Assembly: GCA_040954595.2 (NCBI GenBank)
Contig: CM082592.2
Span: forward strand, 930,001-994,000
Reading direction: 5' to 3'
From: Balanoglossus misakiensis
Lineage: Eukaryota; Animalia; Hemichordata
Length of the DNA stretch: 64,000 bases
This document shows, in pieces, positions 43,026 to 55,033 of this stretch (the stretch's first letter is position 1; each line of letters opens with the position of its first letter). The notes below the pieces were generated by a model, which was given only the letters and a program-made list of their open reading frames with translations, did no database searches and had not been told where the DNA came from. The position numbers and the translations under genes were made by a program.

Positions 43026-43361
43026 TGTGGGGAAGTATCGTGGCAGTGATCAATACTCCCGGGAGGGGGTTCGAGTATACTGACGTCGGAAAAGAAGCGA
43101 ACGATTCAGTGCTAGGTAAAACACTGGTTTATTACCATCTGAATCCAACAACAAAGTAACACCACAGAGCTCCTTATAAAATGCTGCCCGAAAGCGCCAA
43201 AACTGGGTTATATATAAGTCCCACGAACGCCGGAGCAAACACTCAAAAATTACAATAAATCTGCTACAAGTATAAAGTTTGGCGGGAAACAAAGTCAACT
43301 CTGATAGGGTAAGAGTTTCCGTCACGTGATCCTTCTGGAGTAAATCTCTCACTTCTCCATA
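43026..43361 (-). repeat. 3' LTR of BEL family 1 (336 bp)
   Basis: Termini TATGGAGAAGT...ACTTCCCCACA form an imperfect inverted repeat (TGT changed to TAT at the 5' end). Preceded by PPT GCGGGGGAGAA, with an internal TATATATAA and AATAAA. Confidence 0.82.
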
Positions 43362-43533
43362 TTCTCCCCCGCGCAAAGGAAAGTCTCGAAAATCGTCAGA
43401 AAAAAAAACATCAAATAACATGAAATATGATTAAAGTCACCTAAAGTGTTCAAGGATAATAAACTAATGTTCATTGTGTCAGTAAACATGATAACAGTCA
43501 CAATGCGATCGAAATTGTTTTCCAATTTCAAAG

Positions 43534-44460
43534 TCAAATAGAGAGATCCGCTATTCGTACTCGAGCGGCAACTGCAGAGTCTCTGACAGGTCGTCTCGGG
43601 GGTACAACATCCGCCTTCACCGAGGAATCTTCAGAGGCTCCAGCTGTGTCGACTGTTTCAGTATTCGTGTTGGAATCTGCTCCAATACCTGTATTATCTC
43701 CAGACACAGTTGACAGCTCCTTGGAGACAACTTCCAATGGGTACAATTTATGGATAGGTCGGTTTGTAGGACCACCTGCGGTGTTCAACTCCGCAGATCG
43801 TACCAGTTTATCATTACCGAAGATCAACCTTGTTACAGTTCCTAAATGCCATTTCGGACGTTTGTCAGTGTCACTGTGTATTATCACGACATCTCCGACC
43901 TTGATGACATTATCACGAGTTCCTTTGGTGGGATGTCGTTCACGTAGGGCAGTCAGATAATCGGACGACCATCTTCGCCAAAATTGATCGTGTAATCTTG
44001 ATAGATGTTCATATCTTTTGTTGATTTCACGATTATCACAGTAAGATGGGTCAATCACCTCTTCGTCGGTGATCTCGATGTACGGCAATGATGTCAGTGT
44101 CCTGCCATGTAGCAAGTGATTTGGGGTCAATCCAATGTTGTCGTTTATACTGGATGACACGTACGTTAACGGCCTGTCGTTTAAAACGGCTTCAATTTCA
44201 GTCACAACTGTTGCGAGTTCATCAAAGGTTAGGTAAGCTCGACCGAGAGTTTTCCTAATAGCGTTCTTTGTCAAAGCAATCAGCCTCTCCCAGAAGCCAC
44301 CAAACCAGGGCGCGCGCTTCGGTATAAACGTCCATTGTACACGATGTGCGGCGAGAAAGTCATTTACTTCTGGCGTATCAAACAGTGTTTTGATTTCATT
44401 GGCAGCCGATAAATAAGTCGATGCGTTGTCTGACAGCATCCTACTCGGCAAAGAACGTCT
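43534..44460 (-). pseudogene. pol: BEL/Pao integrase core C-terminal part and C-terminal domain, 5'-truncated
   Basis: Track ORF 43534-44451. The second Asp and the Glu of the DDE triad are present (SDN...WERL); the N-terminus is replaced by satellite. Confidence 0.88.
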
Positions 44461-47400
44461 CGCTCTAAAGTGCCGGGGCTTCAGCTAAACCAGGCCGTAG
44501 GAAATCCGACGTAATCACCGTTGATAACTTACGCCAGTCTGTGTCATATAGAGCCGGTGCACCAGCCGAGTCACGCCGTAGGAAATCTGACTTGATCAAC
44601 GTGGTCAATGTACGCCTGTTTCTGCTCTAGAGTGCCAGGGCTTCAGCTGAGCCAGGCCGTAGGAAACCCGACGTGATTACCGTTGTTAACTTACGCCAGT
44701 CTGTGTCCTATATATAGTGCCGGGGCATCAGCCGTGCCAGGCCGAAGGAAATGTGAGTAGATCAACGTGGTCTCTGTACGCGTGTTTCTGCTCTAGAGTG
44801 CCAGGGCTTTAGCCAAGCCATGCCGTAGGAAATCTGACTTGATCAACGTTGCTAACGAACGCTAGTGTCTGTCATAGTGTGCCTGGGTTTTAGTCGAGCC
44901 AAGCCGTAGGAGATCAGACTTGATCAACGTGATCTCTGTACGCGTGTTTCTGCTCTAGAGTGCCGGGGTTTTAGCCGACTTATGCTGTAGGAAATCTGAG
45001 TTGATGAACGGGAATTCAATGTAAGAAAACCCGTGTGGAAAGTATCTCTACCCGTTTGAAACTAAGAAAAGAATTTATTCTTATTTATTTTGTAAAAAAG
45101 ACAATTTTTCGAAAAAAAGTCGAAAATGGTAATTTTGTCTTGGGTGATTCAATTTATACCGCGTTTTCTGGAATTTGCAGCACTTTTTACAAGAGAACGA
45201 CACTTCATTATCCATAATATTTCCGAAAATGAAGAAAAGAGTTAATTTTTTATGATTTTTTAAAAATTTACCATTTTTGTCAAAATATGGCCAAAATGGC
45301 TATTTTTTCTTGAATTCCGTCAATATCTCTGCATTTTTGGAGTGGTCGAAAGTTTTAACATATAATCAACATGTCATATGTGATCAGGGCACCGAATTCG
45401 AAAAACAAAGGTTTTTTTTTTTTTTTTCTAAAAATGACATTTTCAAGGAAAATTTGGTAAAACGCAATTTTGTCTGCAGTGAGCCAAATTGGCCGTTTTT
45501 TGTGGAATTTGTATCGATATATATATACGAAGAGCATTCTATACTCCATCAGATTTCCAAAAATGTAGAAAACAGGTATTTTTGTAATTTTCAAAAATTT
45601 ACCATTTTGACCAAATTGTGGCTAAAATTGTTATTTTCGTGTTGAATGCCGCCAGTGTCACTGCTTTTAAAAGTCATAAAAACTTTTAACATACAAGCAA
45701 TTGTTTATATATGATCAGGTCACCGAATTAAAAAAATAAAGAATGTTTTGCCTAAAAATGACCTTTTTGGTGCAAAAACGAATAAAACGCAATTTTGTAT
45801 TAAATCAGCTCATTCAGAGTGCATTTTTTATAATCTGCACCATTTTTACATATAATGGAAATTTCATACATCATCAGATATCCAAATATGAAAAAATGAT
45901 TTAGATTTTAGATGATTGTCCAAAATTAGCTGATATCTAATAAATGTAGTATTGAACCGTTCTGTCCCCCCCCCCCCCCCTACATTATATGCGGTACGCC
46001 GATGTCAGCTTACCCGGCAGTACTGCAGGCCGTGCCCCCAACTAACGTCGGTGTTTGAAACGCCCTGGTTAAATTCGGGCTCTCTCTATAAATTGACAGG
46101 CAATAATGCAGTCCTACCCGAACAAATGTCGAGTGTTGACCCGCTGTGACTTTCCCTCTTCGTTTTCCCCGACTTAGCCAACGTCTTTGTACTAGAGTGT
46201 CGGGTCTTTTGCAGAGCCAGGCCGAAGGAAATCCGACTTGATCACCGTTGCTAACGAACGCTAGTGTCTGTCATGGTGTGCCGGGGTTTTAGTCGAGCCA
46301 GGCCGTAGGAGATCTGACTTGATCATCGTGGTCAATATACGCGTGTTTCCGCTCTAAAGTGCCGGGGCTTCAGCTAAACCAGGCCGTAGGAAATCCGACG
46401 TAATCACCGTTGATAACTTACGCCAGTCTGTGTCATATAGAGCCGGTGCACCAGCCGAGTCACGCCGTAGGAAATCTGACTTGATCAACGTGGTCAATGT
46501 ACGCCTGTTTCTGCTCTAGAGTGCCGGGGCTTCAGCTGAGCCAGGCCGTAGGAAACCCGACGTGATTACCGTTGTTAACTTACGCCAGTCTGTGTCCTAT
46601 ATATAGTGCCGGGGCATCAGCCGTGCCAGGCCGAAGGAAATGTGAGTAGATCAACGTGGTCTCTGTACGCGTGTTTCTGCTCTAGAGTGCCAGGGCTTTA
46701 GCCAAGCCATGCCGTAGGCAATCTGACTTGATCAACGTTGCTAACGAACGCTAATGTCTGTCAAAGTGTGCCATGGTTTTAGTCGAGCCAAGCCGTAGGA
46801 GATCAGACTTGATCAACGTGGTCTCTGTACGCGTGTTTCTGCTCTAGAGTGCCGGGGCTTTATCCAAGCCATGCCGTAGAAAATCTGACTTGATCACCGT
46901 TGCTAACGTACGCTAGTGTCTGTCATATTGTGACGGTGATTTAGCAGAGCCAGGCCGTAGAAAAATCGACATGTTCAACGTTACCAGTGTGCAACTGTTT
47001 CTGCTCTAGAGTGTCAGGGTTTTAGCCGACTTATGCTGTAGGAAATCTGAGTTGATGAATGGGAATTCAATGTTAGAAAACCCGTGTGTAAAGTATCTCT
47101 ACCCGTTTGAAACTAAGAAAAGAATTTATTCTTATTTATTTTGTAAAAAAGACAATTTTTCGAAAAAAAGTCGAAAATGGTAATTTTGTCTTGGGTGATT
47201 CAAATTATACCGCCTTTTCTGGAATTTGCTGCACTTCTTACAAGAGAACGACACTTCATGCTCCATAATATTTCGGAAAATGAAGAAAAGAGTTATTTTT
47301 TTATGATTTTTTAAAAATTTACCATTTTTGTCAAAATATGGCCAAAATGGCTATTTTTTCTTGAATTCCGTCAATATATCTGCATTTTTGGAGTGGTCGA

Positions 47401-49041
47401 AAGTTTTAACATACAATCAACATGTCATATATGATCAGGGCACCAAATTCGAAGAACAAAGGTTTTTTTATTTTTTTTCTTCTAAAAATGACATTTTCAA
47501 GGAAAATTTGGTAAAACGCAATTTTGTCTGCAGTGAGCCAAATTAGACGGTCTTTTGTGGAATTTGTATCGATATATACATACGAAGAGCATTCTATACT
47601 CCATCAGATTTCCGAAAATGTAGAAAACAGGTATTTTTTGTAATTTTCAAAAATTTACCATTTTGACCAAATTGTGGCTAAAATTGTTATTTTCGTGTTG
47701 AATGCCGCCAGTGTCACTGCTTTTAAAAGTCAGAAAAACTTTTAACATACAAGCAATTGTTTATATATGATCAGGTCACCGAATTAAAAAATAAAGAATG
47801 TTTTGCCTAAAAATGACCTTTTTGGTGCAAAAACGAATAAAACGCATTTTTGTATTAAATCAGCTCATTCAGAGTGCATTTTTATAATCAGCACCATTTT
47901 TACATATAATGGAAATTTCATACATCATCAGATATCCAAATATGAAAAAATGAATTAGATATATTTAAGATGATTGTCCAAAATTAGCTGATATCTGATA
48001 AATGTAGTATTGAACCGTTCTGTTCCCCCCCCCCTACATTACATGCGGTACGCCGATGTCAGCTTACCCGGCAGTACTGCAGGCCGTGCCCCCAACTAAC
48101 GTCGGTGTTTGAAACGCCCTGGTTAAATTCGAGCTTTCTCTACAAATTGACAGGCAATAATGAAGTCCTACCCGAACAAATGTCGAGTGTTGACCCGCTG
48201 TGACTTTCCCTCTTCGGTTTGCCCGACTTAGCCAACGTCTTTGTACTAGAGTGTCAGGTCTTTTGCAGAGCCAGGCCGAAGGAAATCCGACTTGATCACC
48301 GTTGCTAACGAACGCTAGTGTCTGTCATGGTGTGCCGGGGTTTTAGTCGAGCCAGGCCGTAGGAGATCTGACTTGATCATCGTGGTCAATGTACGCGTGT
48401 TTCCGCTCTAAAGTGCCGGGGCTTCAGCTAAACCAGGCCGTAGGAAATCCGACGTAATCACCGTTGATAACTTACGCCAGTCTGTGTCATATAGAGCCGG
48501 TGCACCAGCCGAGTCACGCCGTAGGAAATCTGACTTGATCAACGTGGTCAATGTACGCCTGTTTCTGCTCTAGAGTGCCGGGGCTTCAGCTGAGCCAGGC
48601 CGTAGGAAACCCGACGTGATTACCGTTGTTAACTTACGCCAGTCTGTGTCCTATATATAGTGCCGGGGCATCAGCCGTGCCAGGCCGAAGGAAATGTGAG
48701 TAGATCAACGTGGTCTCTGTATGCGTGTTTCTGCTCTACAGTGCCAGGGCTTTAGCCAAGCCATGCCGTAGGAAATCTGACTTGATCAACGTTGCTAACG
48801 AACGCTAGTGTCTGTCATAGTGTGCCGGGGTTTCAGTCGAGCCAAGCCGTAGGAGATCAGACTTGATCAACGTGGTCTCTGTACGCGTGTTTCTGCTCTA
48901 GAGTGCCGGGGCTTTATCCAAGCCATGCCGTAGAAAATCTGACTTGATCACCGTTGCTAACGTACGCTAGTGTCTGTCATATTGTGACGGAGATTTAGCC
49001 GAGCCAGGCCCTAGAAAAATCGACTTGTTCAACGTTACCAG
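44461..49041 (+). repeat. Macrosatellite array, block 3 (~2.3 units)
   Basis: Landmark at 45035 and ~47086. Confidence 0.96.
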
Positions 49042-49428
49042 TGTAGTAACCTCGATATGCCGTCTCAAATGGCGCCCTAATTCACATCAAAGGCCACAGG
49101 GTTCTATAGTATTTGCCGTTAACTAACTGGAGCTCACCATCGCCGACGAACATTCCTTGTCAGATGTCACAGAAAACGCTGCTCGGAACTTTACACGAAC
49201 ATTTAATGACTGAACATACAACACTGGCACTGGATGATGCGTCGCGGTGGTTGAAGTTTCCGTAGAAAACTGGCAAAAATCCCCAGGCTAACTGTGCAAA
49301 AGTCCTCACATGTGCGCCATGGAATTTTCCAGATATTTTCTAAACAAAAGCGCATGCGCTAATGTACTCACAGCGCGAGGGCGCTAGACTAAATATTTCA
49401 GTTTCTCTAAGAACTGGGCGTCCTTACA
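49042..49428 (-). repeat. 3' LTR of BEL family 2 (387 bp), left copy
   Basis: TGTA...TACA termini, preceded on the minus strand by the PPT-like GGGGGCTGG. Confidence 0.8.
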
Positions 49429-49797
49429 CCAGCCCCCAAATTGTTCATGAAAAAAACATTAACAATTTCCATCCTAGCAAATTCAAAACGCCAACATCCA
49501 TATGTGCCGAAATTACATATCAAATAGAAATTACAAAACAATATCTATAAATATCTCGAAACGCGAAGTCGAAAGTTTTTCAGGAAACGCGAATACAAGA
49601 ATCCTTTTCTTCATGAATGTGATGATACATCCTAGACCATGCCCAGACCTCGTCCGGTCAATCATGCTGCCAAGCATGATATCCAACACATCTGTACTTC
49701 AAAGATGAGATCAAACGCTGGACGTAGTGGATAGACTGGCCACTACTTGAGATCGTTGTTATTACAGCTGCTGGTAACTGCAACCATACCAATACCA

Positions 49798-52086
49798 CTA
49801 AGTCTGTGCTTCCAGCAATGTGCACAACTTATCATATGGTCTTTCTAAAACACTGGATCTGGTCTTCACCAATACTCGTCTCACCACCCCTTTCCGATCA
49901 GGCATAACTTTGACGATTACACCCAAAGGCCACGCATTTCTGGAGGTGTTCTCATCCTTTTCCAATACAAATCTGACAAATACTGCACTTGCTTCCATCT
50001 GTGTACAGCATACAAGTCGTTCTTCTCCGTCACACCAGGGGGTGTTGCTGCTCCCTTCATAGTAAGCAACATACTGGGTGTCAATGCTTTTAAGTCTCTA
50101 ACGTCGTCCGACGATACTGTAATCTCATGCGGTCCATCTGTACGACGACTTTTGTTCTTGGCACATCTCAACAATGTGTCACCCACTTTACGTATCCAGG
50201 CCACTGCTTTCTTCAGTTTATACCAACTGGAGTAGTGGTCTATCATTTTCTGAACCGTCTCCTCCGCATTAACGGACATGGATCGATCCGCCCCTTTGTC
50301 AGGCGTCTGTCGTTCTCCCGAAACAACAGGTACTGTTCCCAACACAACGGGTACAGTTTCTTCTTCCGACCTCAAGGCTATTCTATGCACTAGTGCAGAT
50401 TTCTTCACCTCTGGATCTTCTGGATCTAGCTGTGTATTGTAGCTATCACTTGGCGATTTGTCTTGTGTCTTCCGCAAGAAATCAGGACCACCTATCCATC
50501 TTTCGTTCTTCAGAAAAGCATCTATTTTCTGACCTCTAGAGCACTCATCTGCCGGGTTGTCACTGGTATTAATGTAGCGCCAGTTCGCTGGGTCTGATCC
50601 TCCTCGAATCACTGCTAGTCTATTCGCCACGAAGGTATGAAATCTTGTGGTTTTGTTGTTTATGTACCGCAGCACGGTTTTGCTATCCGTCCAAAACACG
50701 GATTCATTGATTGGCAAATCCACCTCATTTCTGAGAAGTTTGTCAAGCCTCACTGCTACAGTAGCTGCAGTTAATTCCATTCGTGGGATCGATATTTGCT
50801 TCAATGGAGCCACTCTTGCTTTGGCCATCATCAAAGTGCTGTGGATGTTTCCGCTTTTGTCGATCAACCTAAGATATGATACAGCGCGATATCCATTTTC
50901 GCTGGCATCAGCAAAGTGATGCAGCTGAGCTGTGTCTACTTCACCAAAGTGCTCGGGCTTTATACATCTGGGTACTGCGAAACACTCTTCTAATTTCGGT
51001 AGATCCCTCAACCAATTCTCCCACACTTTGCGTTGTTTTCCAGGAATATCATCATCCCAGCCTAGTTTTGCTTTACACAGCTGCTGCAAAAGCATCTTGG
51101 GTGGCAGAAGCGCTGGTGCTGCCATGCCCAGTGGGTCGTATAATGAACTAACCACTCCCAGAATTCCTCGTCTGGTCGCTGGTTTCTCTTTAGTACGATT
51201 TCTGAATCCGAATTCGTCAGATTCCACGTTCCACTGCATACCGAGTGCATGCTCCATTGGCAAGTCACCTTGCTCCAAGTCTAAGTTCTTCACCTCTATC
51301 GCTTTTTGTTCTTCAGGTATTGCTTCCTAAACTGGACGCGTATTGCTGATCCACTTTGTGAGCTTGAACCCTGATTTCTTACAGGTGTCTGTCAGCCCTT
51401 CAGCCAAAGACTTTCCTTCCATCACTGTTGATGCTGCCTTCAACATGTCATCAACGTAGAAGTTTCTAGATATGGTGTTCTTGACACTCAGATCAGAAGT
51501 ATTGTCTGAAGCTTTCTTCAACGCGAAGTTTGCACAACTGGGTGACGATGTAGCCCCGAAGATGTGCACTGTCATTCGGTACTCGACAGGAGGTTCCTCT
51601 ACATTACCATTAGGCCACCACAGAAAACGCTGGAAATCTCGGTTTTCTTGCGACACGCCAACTTGAGAGAACATAGCCTCTATATCTGACATCAGTGCTA
51701 TCCGCTCTTCACGAAAACGTATAAGCACTCCTACAAGTGAACTGGTCAGATCCGGTCCTTGCATTAATTCCTTGTTCAAAGAAGTTCCCTTGTATTCTGC
51801 ACCACAGTCGAAGACTACCCGGATTTTCTGTTTCTGTGGATGGTATACTCCATGATGGGGAAGATACCATTTCTTTCCAGGATTGCCTTCCAATTCTTCC
51901 TGTGGCACCCTTTCAGCATAGCCTTTGTCTATAATACTTTCCATGAAGGTAGTATATTCTTGACGATAGTCATCGTTGTTTCTAAATTTCTTTCCCAACT
52001 GAGAAAGCCGATATTCTACTGCCACTTTGTTGTTTGGCATCGTAACACCGTCATCACGAAACGGTAATGGCACCTGGTAATGACCA
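49798..52086 (-). pseudogene. pol: BEL/Pao pol fragment (RT, RNase H, C-terminal remnant)
   Basis: Track ORFs 51327-52184, 49917-51293 and 49798-49998. Motifs YLPHH, RVVFD, FGATSSP, FYVDD, YDPLG, FADAS, PRMEL, WTDS, NPAD. Confidence 0.9.
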
Positions 52087-55033
52087 AGGTCAAATGTAGA
52101 TCGAGTGGTCTTAGTGTACAAACGTACGCCTTTATTGACAACGGCAGTGACACAGTATTCTGTACGGAAACACTTCGTCGACAACTGAACGTCGGTGGTA
52201 AGAAAACAAAGATTATGCTGAACACTATCACTGGAAGTAAATCAGCTGATAGTCGTGTTATCAAGGGTCCAGAAGTTTCAGATCTTGATGAGCATTACAT
52301 CATCAAACTTCCAGCTACATATACGCAAGAGAAAATTCCTGCTTCGAAAGATCTCATCGTTACACAAGATGACATTGGCAAGTATCCTTATTTGCGTAAG
52401 GTACGCCTGCCTGAGATAGATGCGGAAATAGGCCTACTCATCGGTGGTAACGTTCCTGAAGCGTTTGAACCATGGGAAGTGATAAACAGTAATGGAGATG
52501 GACCATTTGCCGTACGTACCCGTTTAGGCTGGTTCGTAAATGGTTTCCTTACGGGGGCTGGCGTGTCAGAAAATGAAACTGCCGCAACAGTCTGTAGAAT
52601 ACAAGTTGGACCGGCGATTGATCAGCAGTTAATCCACCTCTTCAATCACGAGTTCAGCGAGCGCATCATAGATGACAAACCCGAAGATTCGGTTGAAGAT
52701 AGAAAGTTCATGAAGATTGCGTACGAACAAACGCAGTTTGTTGATGGTCATTACCAGGTGCCATTACCGTTTCGTGATGACGGTGTTACGATGCCAAACA
52801 ACAAAGTGGCAGTAGAATATCGGCTTTCTCAGTTGGGAAAGAAATTTAGAAACAACGATGACTATCGTCAAGAATATACTACCTTCATGGAAAGTATTAT
52901 AGACAAAGGCTATGCTGAAAGGGTGCCACATGAAGAATTGGAAGGCAATCCTGGAAAGAAATGGTATCTTCCCCATCATGGAGTATACCATCCACAGAAA
53001 CAGAAAATCCGGGTAGTCTTCGACTGTGGTGCAGAATACAAGGGAACTTCTTTGAACAAGGAATTAATGCAAGGACCGGATCTGACCAGTTCACTTGTAG
53101 GAGTGCTTATACGTTTTCGTGAAGAGCGGATAGCACTGATGTCAGATATAGAGGCTATGTTCTCTCAAGTTGGCGTGTCGCAAGAAAACCGAGATTTCCA
53201 GCGTTTTCTGTGGTGGCCTAATGGTAATGTAGAGGAACCTCCTGTCGAGTACCGAATGACAGTGCACATCTTCGGGGCTACATCGTCACCCAGTTGTGCA
53301 AACTTCGCGTTGAAGAAAGCTTCAGACAATACTTCTGATCTGAGTGTCAAGAACACCATATCTAGAAACTTCTACGTTGATGACATGTTGAAGGCAGCAT
53401 CAACAGTGATGGAAGGAAAGTCTTTGGCTGAAGGGCTGACAGACACCTGTAAGAAATCAGGGTTCAAGCTCACAAAGTGGATCAGCAATACGCGTCCAGT
53501 TTTGGAAGCAATACCTGAAGAACAAAAAGCGATAGAGGTGAAGAACTTAGACTTGGAGCAAGGTGACTTGCCAATGGAGCATGCACTCGGTATGCAGTGG
53601 AACGTGGAATCTGACGAATTCGGATTCAGAAATCGTACTAAAGAGAAACCAGCGACCAGACGAGGAATTCTGGGAGTGGTTAAATCATTATACGACCCAC
53701 TGGGCATGGCTGCACCAGCGCTTCTGCCACCCAAGATGCTTTTGCAGCAGCTGTGTAAAGCAAAACTAGGCTGGGATGATGATATTCCTGGAAAACAACG
53801 CAAAGTGTGGGAGAATTGGTTGAGGGATCTACCGAAATTAGAAGAGTGTTTCGCAGTACCCAGATGTATAAAGCCCGAGCACTTTGGTGAAGTAGACACA
53901 GCTCAGCTACATCACTTTGCTGATGCCAGCGAAAATGGATATGGCGCTGTATCATATCTTAGGTTGATCGACAAAAGCGGAAACATCCACAGCACTTTGA
54001 TGATGGCCAAAGCAAGAGTGGCTCCATTGAAGCAAATATCGATCCCACGAATGGAATTAACTGCAGCTACTGTAGCAGTGAGGCTTGACAAACTTCTCAG
54101 AAAGGAGATGGATTTGCCAATCAATGAATCCGTGTTTTGGACGGATAGCAAAACCGTGCTGCGGTACATAAACAACGAAACCACAAGATGTCATACCTTC
54201 GTGGCGAATAGACTAGCAGTGATTCGAGGAGGATCAGACCCAGCGAACTGGCGCTACATTAATACCAGTGACAACCCGGCAGATGAGTGCTCTAGAGGTC
54301 AGAAAATAGATGCTTTTCTGAAGAACGAAAGATGGATAGGTGGTCCTGATTTCTTGCGGAAGACACAAGACAAATCGCCAAGTGATAGCTACAATACACA
54401 GCTAGATCCAGAAGATCCAGAGGTGAAGAAATCTGCACTAGTGCATAGAATAGCCTTGAGGTCGGAAGAAGAAACTGTACCCGTTGTGTTGGGAACAGTA
54501 CCTGCTGTTTCGGGAGAACGACAGACGCCTGACAAAGGGGCGGATCGATCCATGTCCGTTAATGCGGAGGAGACGGTTCAGAAAATGATAGACCACTACT
54601 CCAGTTGGTATAAACTGAAGAAAGCAGTGGCCTGGATACGTAAAGTGGGTGACACATTGTTGAGATGTGCCAAGAACAAAAGTCGTCGTACAGATGGACC
54701 GCATGAGATTACAGTATCGTCGGACGACGTTAGAGACTTAAAAGCATTGACACCCAGTATGTTGCTTACTATGAAGGGAGCAGCAACACCCCCTGGTGTG
54801 ACGGAGAAGAACGACTTGTATGCTGTACACAGATGGAAGCAAGTGCAGTATTTGTCAGATTTGTATTGGAAAAGGATGAGAACACCTCCAGAAATGCGTG
54901 GCCTTTGGGTGTAATCGTCAAAGTTATGCCTGATCGGAAAGGGGTGGTGAGACGAGTATTGGTGAAGACCAGATCCAGTGTTTTAGAAAGACCATATGAT
55001 AAGTTGTGCACATTGCTGGAAGCACAGACTTAG
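52080..55033 (+). pseudogene. pol: BEL/Pao pol (PR-RT-RH) lacking gag and the integrase zinc finger/core
   Basis: ORF 52080-54914 plus a frameshifted C-terminus 54833-55033 (WPLGVI...VRRVLVKT...RP..KL). The ATG at 52080 is created by the fold-back junction. Confidence 0.9.

Larger units (their letters stand above)
43026..44460 (-). mobile_element. BEL/Pao LTR retrotransposon fragment, family 1 (integrase C-half + 3' LTR), left-arm copy
   Basis: Integrase motifs SDNAS, PWFGGFWERLI, EAVLNDRPL, LTPNHLL, FWRRWSSDYL and VGDVVII are characteristic of BEL/Pao. A purine tract precedes a 336 bp LTR. Confidence 0.92.
49042..52086 (-). mobile_element. BEL/Pao element family 2, left-arm inverted copy (RT-RNaseH, integrase deleted, 3' LTR)
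   Basis: Reverse complement of 52745-55788, with a TAG stop at 51327-51329 specific to this copy. Confidence 0.93.

Noticed and set aside
133-47546. Recurrent 60-120 aa ORFs (MESISTRLKL..., MSKYGQNG..., MNRSVPPP...)
   Set aside because: They use GTG/TTG starts, are low complexity, are broken by homopolymer indels between copies and have no domain motifs. They are by-products of the satellite.
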